Source: Nitrosarchaeum sp. (GTDB lineage Archaea > Thermoproteota > Nitrososphaeria > Nitrososphaerales > Nitrosopumilaceae). From it: a stretch of 32,000 bases of DNA. Made by a program: the position numbers and the translations under genes. Shown here piece after piece: positions 8,801 through 15,187 of this stretch. The stretch's first letter is position 1; the number at the start of each line of letters is the position of its first letter. The notes under the pieces were generated by a model that was not told the DNA's origin, searched no databases, and worked only from the letters and a program-made list of their open reading frames with translations. Location of the stretch: positions 122,192 to 154,191 of the forward strand of contig JAILWJ010000003.1 in NCBI GenBank assembly GCA_025699025.1, in the 5' to 3' direction.

Positions 8801-9010
8801 ATCTGGCTCTCCCTTTCCCTCACCAGTATCTTGAAGATTTTGGTCACGAATAACAACCTCAATTACCATTGAACCCGAAAAATGGTTATCAAACCTAGTG
8901 GTTTCAGCAGAGACAAACAGGTTTGGGTTGCTTGCGGCATCTGCAGATATGACTGGAACTAGCAAAAGAGGTAAAAAAAGTGCCAAAAACACATGAATAC
9001 TTTTCAACAA
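5831..9010 (-). CDS. Large secreted cell-surface protein (1059 aa) with repeated beta-sandwich-like segments and two C-terminal PDWVKNNAKWW modules
   Basis: Signal peptide MLKSIHVFLALFLPLLLVPVISADA (TTG start; an in-frame GTG 6 codons downstream is an alternative). Ser/Thr/Asn/Asp-rich. Recurrent xDPDxN motifs (LFDPDQNIN, LNDPDLNLK). The C-terminus carries two ~48-aa modules, IPDWVKNNAKWWS...F(I)xSIxxL(I/V)xxGII. Confidence 0.85.
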   Translation of the reverse strand: MLKSIHVFLALFLPLLLVPVISADAASNPNLFVSAETTRFDNHFSGSMVIEVVIRDQNLQDTGEGKGEPDVTINGKTLRMVQATDGNWYAYFANVNKAKAADATVGLAGKGLDFGVFCSRNTPSSVIGISLSETDGFSIPHSSGLTPGSFTNGNSSFLECDGSPSSSTSLNNVVRKAKSINTNANILSGQIGLDPDAWPLIQLYSFDDVIIQYNAGGNPQRVDLEYTESNNISLSIDRDAYPQNAEVFVFIDDFQLNQDPTDEDSWTFGIDSASTFYQAFDSTGSNSANGGAGLVNLVPSLSTLGFEDNGKLFLSLGSVMELTVNDEQPNTSVSNGVSTFSQIVTLVEEGPNSGLFDSADDNDDSVVKISSDAPRGQTGIIKYNQKSLSVLTGFSSASVSVNEPTLTIGSGSTLLTPGIKFPIILFDPDQNINSGSRDHLDVFRDTSTVPSLQIGTPVTLEKASNFQFFLTSATTTGDDADSSISDTNSDILLIDTSNVGLNTFEKISFNLGVSASALYSSLIDSSISGVDGTNWINYDFRSFGNDFGLTDLSNTSINLSFGSLGNSPIQIVDSGDLSSLQGFFQLDDSDVEAIGDKSGTVFVTIDFDSTGNISNEPNMQPIIFDFFSFGIEGDDTVNNAIYRFELEETSDNSSKFVGTLEYAVTNQLNILDPNFIRTIKTIDNEIKFIVTDRLIDDKGISISYSDLDAVGVVITTSTKSDIFTHSGVVSTGSSSYRFGQPVTLTLNDPDLNLKSDVVDIYYVITDPNSSNVDTVGKDGNILLEILIKDIRYKRCTIDGVEHGGLGATGFTLIETGPSTGIFTGVFKMPSQICDKSGTKLISTAGGSIDAKYHDSRDESGNPNIFTMSRNKSTSSFTTQPTLSTTNVSKPSSQNTEEIILSGSITNHKRGIPLNIVLTGPDGKTQNFGASLSNSGSYKTVFTINENSLPGLYKINLTHDGVFLGTVSFSVLNPEIPDWVKNNAKWWSSSTISNSEFIDSIDHLIEQGIIVLPSEQNLVSNRIIPDWVKNNAKWWSNDQISDDDFIKSIQYLVKKGIIRV
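5907..6089 (-). repeat. Two exact 39-nt copies (5907-5945 and 6051-6089), 144 nt apart, encoding the PDWVKNNAKWW cores
   Basis: GACCACCATTTTGCATTATTTTTTACCCAATCAGGAATT occurs at both positions on the + strand. The sequence flanking each copy differs. Confidence 0.9.
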
Positions 9011-9097
9011 TGAAAAAGGGGGCTAATCACAAATAATCTTGTCGCATAATTTCTTTTTAGAATACTTGTAATACATGATAAATCCAATAACTAAGAG

Positions 9098-10450
9098 ATG
9101 TTTGTTCAGAGAACCAAAGTTTTAAAAATATCATTTTTGGCCATATTTTCTGCATTTTTAGTTGAACTTGTTTTTGGACTTGTTTCAAACAGTCTTGGCC
9201 TCATCACAGACAGCATACATGCACTCTTGGACAGTGTCGTCACAATAGTACTTTTGGTAGCTGCCAAACTGGCAATAAAGCCAGCTGACGAGGAGCATAC
9301 GTATGGACACGGAAAGGTAGAATCATTAGGTGGAATGATTGGAGGAATTGCAATTTTTCTGATTGCAGTTTTTTTCATTTATGAATCAGTTCAAAGATTG
9401 CAAAGTCCACAACCAAGCATCCTACCGGGGTTATTTGCAATAATTGGAGGTGTATATACAATCGGGATCGATATCTTTAGAATAGTTTTGCTGCGAAGAT
9501 CAATTAAAAAAATTGGCGGCAGCACTCTCAAAGCTGATTTTTATCATGCATTCATGGATTTGGGTTCTACGCTTGTAGCAATTGGAGGGATTATTCTGGT
9601 ATCATATGGATTCTACAGTGGAGATTTCATCGCGGCCTTGATTTTGGGAGTTCTCTTAGCTGTGCTGAGTATAAAATTGATTTACAAAACGGCACAGGAT
9701 TTAACAGACATTATTTCACCAGAACTTGTAAAAAAAGTTAGAGAGATTGTATCCAACACGGATGGAGTGGTAGATGTAGGGAATATTTTAATGAGAAAAT
9801 CAGGTGACATAATTTTTGCAGAAGTTACGATTTCACTGAGAGGGGACACAAGTTTTGAAAAGGCACATGAGGTTAGTAGTAAAGTAGAAAGCAACATTGT
9901 AAGTAAAATCCCAAATGCTTCAATTACAATTCATTTTGAGCCAAGTTGGGATAATGTTCCACTAGATTCAAAAATTTATGATATTGCAAGAGAAGTTGAA
10001 GGAGTAAAAGGGGTTCACAACGTTATCACTCACAAAACCAAGGGAAAGATATTTGCCAACCTACATGTGATGGTAGACAGAGAAGTCAATCTGTATTCAG
10101 CACACAAAATTTCTGAAGTAGTAGAAGAAAAAATTCAGAAAAATATTCCAAAAATAAAACACGTAACTATTCATTTAGAACCATTTGTGACAGTTCCAGA
10201 AAATTTCAACGTAAGAGATAAGGAAACCGAAAGGAAGATTAGGATAATTTTAGAAAAGCATCATGAGATAAAAAAGATAGGTCGTATCGTTTCATTAAAT
10301 TTTGAAAATATTCTCAAAATTGACATCGATTGTTCATTTGACAAGGAGCTGTCAATTGAAAGAGTTCACGATGTAACGTCCCAGATCGAGCATGAGATCA
10401 GAGCCGAAATTGAAAATGCAGTAATCACAATACATCCAGAACCAGTTTGA
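9098..10450 (+). CDS. Cation diffusion facilitator (CDF) metal efflux transporter with three tandem cytoplasmic C-terminal domains
   Basis: 6-TM core with SLGLITDSIHALLDS (TM2 HxxxD), EEHTYGHGKVESLG and YHAFMDLGS (TM5 HxxxD). It is followed by three ~73-aa repeats, each ending TIH(F/L/P)EP. At 450 aa it is much longer than the ~300 aa typical of the family. Confidence 0.9.
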   Translation: MFVQRTKVLKISFLAIFSAFLVELVFGLVSNSLGLITDSIHALLDSVVTIVLLVAAKLAIKPADEEHTYGHGKVESLGGMIGGIAIFLIAVFFIYESVQRLQSPQPSILPGLFAIIGGVYTIGIDIFRIVLLRRSIKKIGGSTLKADFYHAFMDLGSTLVAIGGIILVSYGFYSGDFIAALILGVLLAVLSIKLIYKTAQDLTDIISPELVKKVREIVSNTDGVVDVGNILMRKSGDIIFAEVTISLRGDTSFEKAHEVSSKVESNIVSKIPNASITIHFEPSWDNVPLDSKIYDIAREVEGVKGVHNVITHKTKGKIFANLHVMVDREVNLYSAHKISEVVEEKIQKNIPKIKHVTIHLEPFVTVPENFNVRDKETERKIRIILEKHHEIKKIGRIVSLNFENILKIDIDCSFDKELSIERVHDVTSQIEHEIRAEIENAVITIHPEPV

Positions 10451-11629
10451 TCAAATCAGAATACTTGTAGCATACATAACAAACATTCCTGTCGCAAATC
10501 CAGCTGCAACGGCAGCACTTGATAGATTTTTGTCGCCTTCCTCTCTAATCCATTTTAGTATGATCACTATTACTTGAAATATTGCACCTGCGCCAATAGA
10601 TAAAAAGACTACTGATGAAAATGGAGAAAATGCAAATCCACCAACCCATGCTCCAAAAATTGCAGGTGCCCCTGCAATAATTCCCATAGTAATTAATTTT
10701 CCAATCATTAGTTTTCCACGGGACATAGGAGCAGCTATGGCCAATCCTTCAGTGGTGTTATGAAGGGCAAAACCTACTATCAAGAATGTGCTAAAGGCAA
10801 TAGAGCCCAAACCTACAGCAGCGCCAATTGCAAGACCCTCTCCAAAATTATGCAACCCTATTCCTATCGCTATCATCAAACCAATGACCACAGGTTTTGA
10901 AATCCTTAACGAGTCTGCTCTTCCAGTTAATTTTTCAGATACATAATACAATCCAAGAAAAGACAACACAACTGTGGTTGCAATCAGCAGAACATCATTA
11001 AAACTACCACCTAGGTTTTCCAATGAAACATCAAATGCCTCTTCAATGGAATCAATTCCAAGGAAAAGCAGCAAGCCAACAGTTAATGCCAAAAAGAAAT
11101 GGTATTTGCTTTTACTAATTTTTTTAATGAATGGTAACCAAAGTAATCCAATCATCACGGGAATAATTCCAACATAAGTACCAATAATTGCAAAAAAGAC
11201 GACAAATTCAAAATTCATCTGCAATGCAGGCGCTGCAGCATCAATATTCCTCTCAAACCTTGTTCCGTCATCAGTGGTCAGACCAATGGTGTACGGTTCT
11301 GCTTCATTCCACTCAAAAGGAATTCTAACCAGTGCAGTTTCATATCGGTTTAGAAATTTATCAGGCTCTATGGCCGCGGGGTGGATCCTGTCATTTACAT
11401 CTGCCATAACAACTTGAACAGGTAATGGACCGGTGTTTCTGACAGTTACATGGATTTCAGACTTTTCAAAGGCAATTTTTTCTATGGTCAACTCTGGAAG
11501 TGGCACCCCCAGATCAAGTAAATCAGCGCCCGGACCAAAAATATAGGCAACCATCAACACCACAAAGACAAATGGAATTATTCCGCTTGTGACTACTTTG
11601 ATTCTTGATGTTTTTTCACTAGTTTCCAT
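10451..11629 (-). CDS. ZIP-family metal permease with an N-terminal TM helix plus a ~110-aa extracytoplasmic domain
   Basis: GLHNFGEGLAIGAAVG and ALHNTTEGLAIAAPM are the paired HNxxEG ZIP/ZupT signatures. The start overlaps the stop of the upstream multicopper oxidase gene by 11 nt. Confidence 0.85.
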   Translation of the reverse strand: METSEKTSRIKVVTSGIIPFVFVVLMVAYIFGPGADLLDLGVPLPELTIEKIAFEKSEIHVTVRNTGPLPVQVVMADVNDRIHPAAIEPDKFLNRYETALVRIPFEWNEAEPYTIGLTTDDGTRFERNIDAAAPALQMNFEFVVFFAIIGTYVGIIPVMIGLLWLPFIKKISKSKYHFFLALTVGLLLFLGIDSIEEAFDVSLENLGGSFNDVLLIATTVVLSFLGLYYVSEKLTGRADSLRISKPVVIGLMIAIGIGLHNFGEGLAIGAAVGLGSIAFSTFLIVGFALHNTTEGLAIAAPMSRGKLMIGKLITMGIIAGAPAIFGAWVGGFAFSPFSSVVFLSIGAGAIFQVIVIILKWIREEGDKNLSSAAVAAGFATGMFVMYATSILI

Positions 11630-12665
11630 AATATGCCTCCGAGGTAGAGTTGTCTTTTACTAGAAACAGGCCAACCCATCCTTTTTCAGAAAATTCGACT
11701 TTGTGGGCATGAAATAGATACTTGCCGGGATAGTCGTATTGAAACTCCATTATTCCACGCTCTGTTTGTGATAGGGTGATCATGTCAGTGTAAAATGAGG
11801 GAACCAAGTCAGTCCCAGTCGGGTAATACTGGTAGAGATTTCCATGTAGGTGAAAGTTGTTAATGGGATCAAATTCAACCATATTGACAACATAGATTCG
11901 GATCAATTGATCGGTGTTGATTTGGATTGGGTGGTGTTGGTAATAAAATGGAATGGTGTTTGCAGCGTAAAAATTATTTTCAGTATCAAAATCAGTATCA
12001 AACCCGTTTAGAACCATTACTAACTCATCGGCTGGAGGCCTGCCTTCTTTTGGATCTACAATGAAAACACCATACAGTCCATGTACTATGTGCTCCTCCA
12101 GAGGCATTACATGACAATGGTAGGGATGAACTCCTACCGGACCTGCCTCAAACTCATAGGTAAATTGACCTCCATTTCCTCCAACAATTTCAAATACGCC
12201 ATCCATTTCTGCAGGATGGATTCCATGAAAATGCATGGTGTGGGATTTTGAGCCGTTGTTAATGAAGTGAATCCTGACCAGATCGCCTTCGGTGGCACGG
12301 ATGGTCGGACCTGGTACAGTTCCATTAAAAGTCCAAACATTAAAAAAAACACCAGGGGAGATTTCTTGTACTTTATCATCCTCAGCTATAATAGTATAGT
12401 CTCTAATTGTTTGACCATTATCAGAAATCGAAATTCGGCCATATTCAAAATTCCTAAGAAATTCATCAGGATCAAAATCAACTGTAGAAACAGTATAGAC
12501 TGGATCTAATACCTCGCCTGAAGTTTCAATAACTCTGCCGGAATGAGTGACGAATGTTTTTTGCTCCAGTTGAGCATCTGTAAAAATAGGAGAAAGAAGG
12601 GCAAAGGACACTCCAAAAGTTACAGTCAGCAACAGTACCATTAGAGTAGATCTGGTAAAAATCAT
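11619..12665 (-). CDS. Two-domain multicopper oxidase (cupredoxin x2), membrane-anchored or secreted
   Basis: N-terminal hydrophobic segment. There are four HxH pairs, in this order: HTMHFHG (HxxHxH), HPYHCHVMPLEEHIVHGL (HCH with the type 1 Cys), FHLHG and FHAH. This gives the full His set for a trinuclear Cu cluster plus a type 1 site in the N-terminal domain. Confidence 0.85.
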   Translation of the reverse strand: MIFTRSTLMVLLLTVTFGVSFALLSPIFTDAQLEQKTFVTHSGRVIETSGEVLDPVYTVSTVDFDPDEFLRNFEYGRISISDNGQTIRDYTIIAEDDKVQEISPGVFFNVWTFNGTVPGPTIRATEGDLVRIHFINNGSKSHTMHFHGIHPAEMDGVFEIVGGNGGQFTYEFEAGPVGVHPYHCHVMPLEEHIVHGLYGVFIVDPKEGRPPADELVMVLNGFDTDFDTENNFYAANTIPFYYQHHPIQINTDQLIRIYVVNMVEFDPINNFHLHGNLYQYYPTGTDLVPSFYTDMITLSQTERGIMEFQYDYPGKYLFHAHKVEFSEKGWVGLFLVKDNSTSEAYYGN

Positions 12666-12687
12666 GATTCTATATGATTAAGACGTT

Positions 12688-12695
12688 TATTTAAA
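12688..12695 (-). promoter_or_regulatory. TATA-like box (TTTAAATA on the minus strand) about 27 nt upstream of the multicopper oxidase ATG
   Basis: The spacing is typical of leaderless archaeal transcripts. Supported by pattern only. Confidence 0.35.
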
Positions 12696-12697
12696 AT

Positions 12698-12711
12698 TTA
12701 GCCTAGGCTAA
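12698..12711. promoter_or_regulatory. Perfect 14-bp palindrome TTAGCCTAGGCTAA just upstream of the oxidase TATA box, a candidate operator
   Basis: Read directly from the sequence. A half-site, TTAGCC, recurs at 12717-12722. Confidence 0.3.
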
Positions 12712-12801
12712 GTTTTTTAGCCATGTCTAACTTTATTAACTCGATTAACATATCAAAAATCAAAAAATTAGGTTTAAACTAAAGATCACATAAAAAAATT
12801 T

Positions 12802-13299
12802 GTGCAAAAAGCCAACATCTTACTAATTATTGTCGGTAGTTTGGTAGCCATAGGAATCGTATTGTCATTTTTTGGGAACCAAATAATTTTTGAGGATTTA
12901 GCAAAGGCGGAGGGGGATGTAAAATTTGGCAGTGATTTAGAAGTCAGCATAGATCTAGATGAATCAATTAATAAAAATGGAATTTATGCAGTGCAAATTC
13001 TCAATTTTAAAGAAGGGGTATTTTCTGCAACAATCTATGATCCTTTGGGCATAGAAATTGAATCACAATCAATTAACAAGGAGGTATTTGAAGGAAAGTT
13101 TGACATCATCTCATCTGGAACGTATGTGCTCGTAATCAAAAGTACAGATCAAGAAGAATCTAGAATTTATGGGGTGATAGGGCCAGAGCCAGATGCAGGT
13201 GTAAAGTCTATCGGGTTTATTTCATTATACATCCTGGTAGTCGGATTAATAGGAATGGTCATAGTTGCAATATATGCAATAAAGAATCGCAAGAAATAA
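12802..13299 (+). CDS. Hypothetical bitopic membrane protein (N- and C-terminal TM helices flanking a ~110-aa beta-rich domain)
   Basis: GTG start. Helices ANILLIIVGSLVAIGIVLSFFG and IGFISLYILVVGLIGMVIVAIYAI, with a basic tail KNRKK. A TATA-like GGTTTAAACT lies about 27 nt upstream. Confidence 0.6.
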   Translation: MQKANILLIIVGSLVAIGIVLSFFGNQIIFEDLAKAEGDVKFGSDLEVSIDLDESINKNGIYAVQILNFKEGVFSATIYDPLGIEIESQSINKEVFEGKFDIISSGTYVLVIKSTDQEESRIYGVIGPEPDAGVKSIGFISLYILVVGLIGMVIVAIYAIKNRKK

Positions 13300-13611
13300 C
13301 TAATTCAGGTAACTGTCCATCTTTTCCAAACTTTCTATGGTAGCATCAAAATTTTCACTATTTTCTACAATTTGGTTTAGTTTTTCGGCATTTGCAGAAA
13401 GAATCGGTTTTCCACCTTCAATGTTTTGAAAAATAAAATCATGTTCTAATAAATAAGATAGTCTTTCTAGAACTTCATTTTCAGAAATAGATGACGTTTC
13501 TGCCAGAAAAGAACAGGTCTTGCTGCCATTTTCCAATTCAGCCAGTATGGAAGAAGTAACTGGATCAAACATGCATTCTACAACTTTTTCCCTATCAAAG
13601 TCATCTGCCAT
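13300..13611 (-). CDS. Small putative winged-helix (ArsR-like) DNA-binding protein
   Basis: 103 aa. SSILAELENGSKTCSFLAETSSISENEVLERLSYLLEHDFIF fits the helix-turn-helix plus wing pattern of small archaeal wHTH regulators. This is a pattern-level call only. Confidence 0.45.
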   Translation of the reverse strand: MADDFDREKVVECMFDPVTSSILAELENGSKTCSFLAETSSISENEVLERLSYLLEHDFIFQNIEGGKPILSANAEKLNQIVENSENFDATIESLEKMDSYLN

Positions 13612-13696
13612 TTAAGAAAATACAGCAAGTATGAAATAAAAAACTTTCAAGTCGCTCAAACCGACAATATAATTAGTAAAATATCACTTTATAATT

Positions 13697-13849
13697 ATGC
13701 AAAAGCTGTGCAGAAACGATTCTTCTGGAAAAGGGACACATTGCTATTGTATAGACATAGACGCTCAGACAGGAGTCAAAAAATGCTGCAAGTGTAACCA
13801 ATGGAATATCCAAGGAAACGATTGGACCGAAAAAGCAGATTTTAGATAA
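13697..13849 (+). CDS. Candidate 50-aa Cys-rich small protein (below the ORF-track size cutoff)
   Basis: Hand translation: MQKLCRNDSSGKGTHCYCIDIDAQTGVKKCCKCNQWNIQGNDWTEKADFR (6 Cys, 1 His). The + strand here is purine-rich, like the sense strands of the confident genes. AATATAATT is centred about 27 nt upstream of the ATG. It competes with the hydrophobic minus-strand ORF 13673..13924. Confidence 0.25.
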   Translation: MQKLCRNDSSGKGTHCYCIDIDAQTGVKKCCKCNQWNIQGNDWTEKADFR

Positions 13850-13926
13850 AACGACACTGTAGATCCAAAAAAAAGACAGAACAGGACAATGGATTAAAAA
13901 ATGGACGCAATTAACGCCTAGCATGG

Positions 13927-13933
13927 TTTTTAT
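13927..13933 (+). promoter_or_regulatory. TATA-like TTTTTAT about 30 nt upstream of the rps13 TTG start
   Basis: Pattern and spacing only. Confidence 0.3.
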
Positions 13934-13959
13934 CGGGGTAACTTAGAATTTTTGAATAC

Positions 13960-14502
13960 TTGAGCAGTCAGGAATACAGACACATTGTTAGGATTGTAGG
14001 AAACGATATTCCAGGAGCCAAAAAGGTTCTAGTAGGGTTAACTCAGATCAAAGGCATAGGCTATAATTTTGCTACTGCAATATTAGATTCATTAAAGATT
14101 AACACCAATTCAAACATCGGGTTTTTGACAGAATCCGATGTTCAGGCAATTGAAAAACTAATCACAAATCCACTTGCAGGTAATTTTCCGAATTGGTTCC
14201 TCAATAGGAGAAAAGATGTCGAGACAGGAAATACCATTCACCTGTTAACTTCAGACATTGATTTTACATTAAGAAACGATATTGAAAGAGAAAGAATAAC
14301 TGCAAGTTGGAGAGGTTATCGCCATCTTAACGGTCTCAAAGTTAGAGGACAGAGAACAAGAACAACAGGTAGAAAGGGCGGTGCAGTAGGAGTTGCCAAG
14401 GGAGGAAAAGCAGCACCAGCAAAAGCAGCAGCACCAGCTGCAGTAGCAGCACCGGCAGCTGCAGCAGCACCAGCCGCAGCACCAACCGCGGAGAAAAAAT
14501 AG
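13960..14502 (+). CDS. rps13: 30S ribosomal protein uS13 with a 33-aa Ala/Pro-rich C-terminal tail
   Basis: [32 protein letters not shown] and [24 protein letters not shown] are uS13 signatures. TTG start. Confidence 0.9.
   Translation: MSSQEYRHIVRIVGNDIPGAKKVLVGLTQIKGIGYNFATAILDSLKINTNSNIGFLTESDVQAIEKLITNPLAGNFPNWFLNRRKDVETGNTIHLLTSDIDFTLRNDIERERITASWRGYRHLNGLKVRGQRTRTTGRKGGAVGVAKGGKAAPAKAAAPAAVAAPAAAAAPAAAPTAEKK
14401..14499 (+). repeat. GC-rich, imperfect GCAGCACC(A/G)GC microsatellite-like tract encoding [33 protein letters not shown]
   Basis: At least five GCAGCACCNNC-type units are visible. The tract stands out against the AT-rich background. Confidence 0.8.
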
Positions 14503-14511
14503 GTGGTATAG

Positions 14512-15135
14512 ATGGGAGATCCTAAATATCCACGTCGTGTTTGGAGGAAGCCAAAGAGGCCTCTAAACTATGAATTAAAAATGGAGGAGTTGAAAATTTT
14601 AGGAACATTTGGATTAAGAACTAAACGAGAGTTATGGAAGGCACATACAGAACTATCTCGGGTCAGACATCAAGCAAGATCACTATTGGCGTTAAGACAA
14701 GAAGAGAGAGAGGAAAAAGAACCAATATTGATGAAATCATTAGCTAGAATCGGATTGGTAAGTGGGGCTGCATCATTAGATGACGTACTTAATTTGCAAG
14801 TAGATGATTTACTATCAAGAAGACTGCAATCAATCGTAACAAGAAAACTTGGATTCAAGACACCATACCAAGCAAGACAAGCAATTATTCACGGACACGT
14901 TATGATTAGCGACAGGAAAGTAGACATTCCATCATACATTGTAACATTAGATGAAGAAAACGAGATCCATTTCTCACCAGAATCCAAGATTCCAGAAATG
15001 TTGGAAAAATCAAAACAATCAGAACCAAAACCAGCTCAAATAAATGAAGAGGAGTCAACCGCAGAGCCAACAATCGAAGTATCTGAGGAGCCAACAAATG
15101 CATCTCCCGAGGTTGAAAAATCTTCAACCGAATAA
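14512..15135 (+). CDS. rps4: 30S ribosomal protein uS4 with a ~43-aa acidic C-terminal extension
   Basis: MGDPKYPRRVWRKPKRP..., and the S4 RNA-binding domain LQSIVTRKLGFKTPYQARQAIIHGHVMISDRKV. The tail is EKSKQSEPKPAQINEEESTAEPTIEVSEEPTNASPEVEKSSTE. Confidence 0.9.
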   Translation: MGDPKYPRRVWRKPKRPLNYELKMEELKILGTFGLRTKRELWKAHTELSRVRHQARSLLALRQEEREEKEPILMKSLARIGLVSGAASLDDVLNLQVDDLLSRRLQSIVTRKLGFKTPYQARQAIIHGHVMISDRKVDIPSYIVTLDEENEIHFSPESKIPEMLEKSKQSEPKPAQINEEESTAEPTIEVSEEPTNASPEVEKSSTE

Positions 15136-15187
15136 TTACAATAATAGGCTTTTATCAGTAAATAACATCACAAAATAGTAGATTATC

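Noticed and set aside
5831-9010. Calling the 1059-aa secreted protein the S-layer protein
   Set aside because: The composition and signal peptide are compatible, but I cannot recall or verify any sequence match to the characterised Nitrosopumilus S-layer protein. I therefore use only the generic surface-protein call.
11619-12665. Calling the two-cupredoxin protein a copper nitrite reductase (NirK)
   Set aside because: The overall layout is NirK-like. However, the catalytic Asp position in HNxDFH is His here (HTMHFH), HCA is HCH, and domain 2 carries HLH and HAH. This gives four HxH pairs, which is the trinuclear-cluster signature of a multicopper oxidase and not the single type 2 site of NirK.
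13673-13924. 83-aa minus-strand ORF upstream of rps13
   Set aside because: Its Phe/Leu/Val/Cys-rich composition and pyrimidine-rich sense strand are typical of translating the antisense of purine-rich sequence in this genome, and it has no motif support. It is kept only as the competing hypothesis to the 50-aa + strand ORF.
13922-13945. Resemblance of the 17-nt direct repeat and the start of the inverted repeat to the rps13 upstream region (CATGGTTTTTATCGGGGTAACTTAGA) and the rpoN upstream region (CATGGTTTTTATAAT)
   Set aside because: The alignment needs several gaps, and the shared part is essentially a TATA-like GGTTT(TT)AT element. It may mean that the repeat contains promoter-like sequence. 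It does not explain the exact 17-nt identity or the adjoining 34-nt inverted repeats, so it is retained only as a caveat on the cassette finding.
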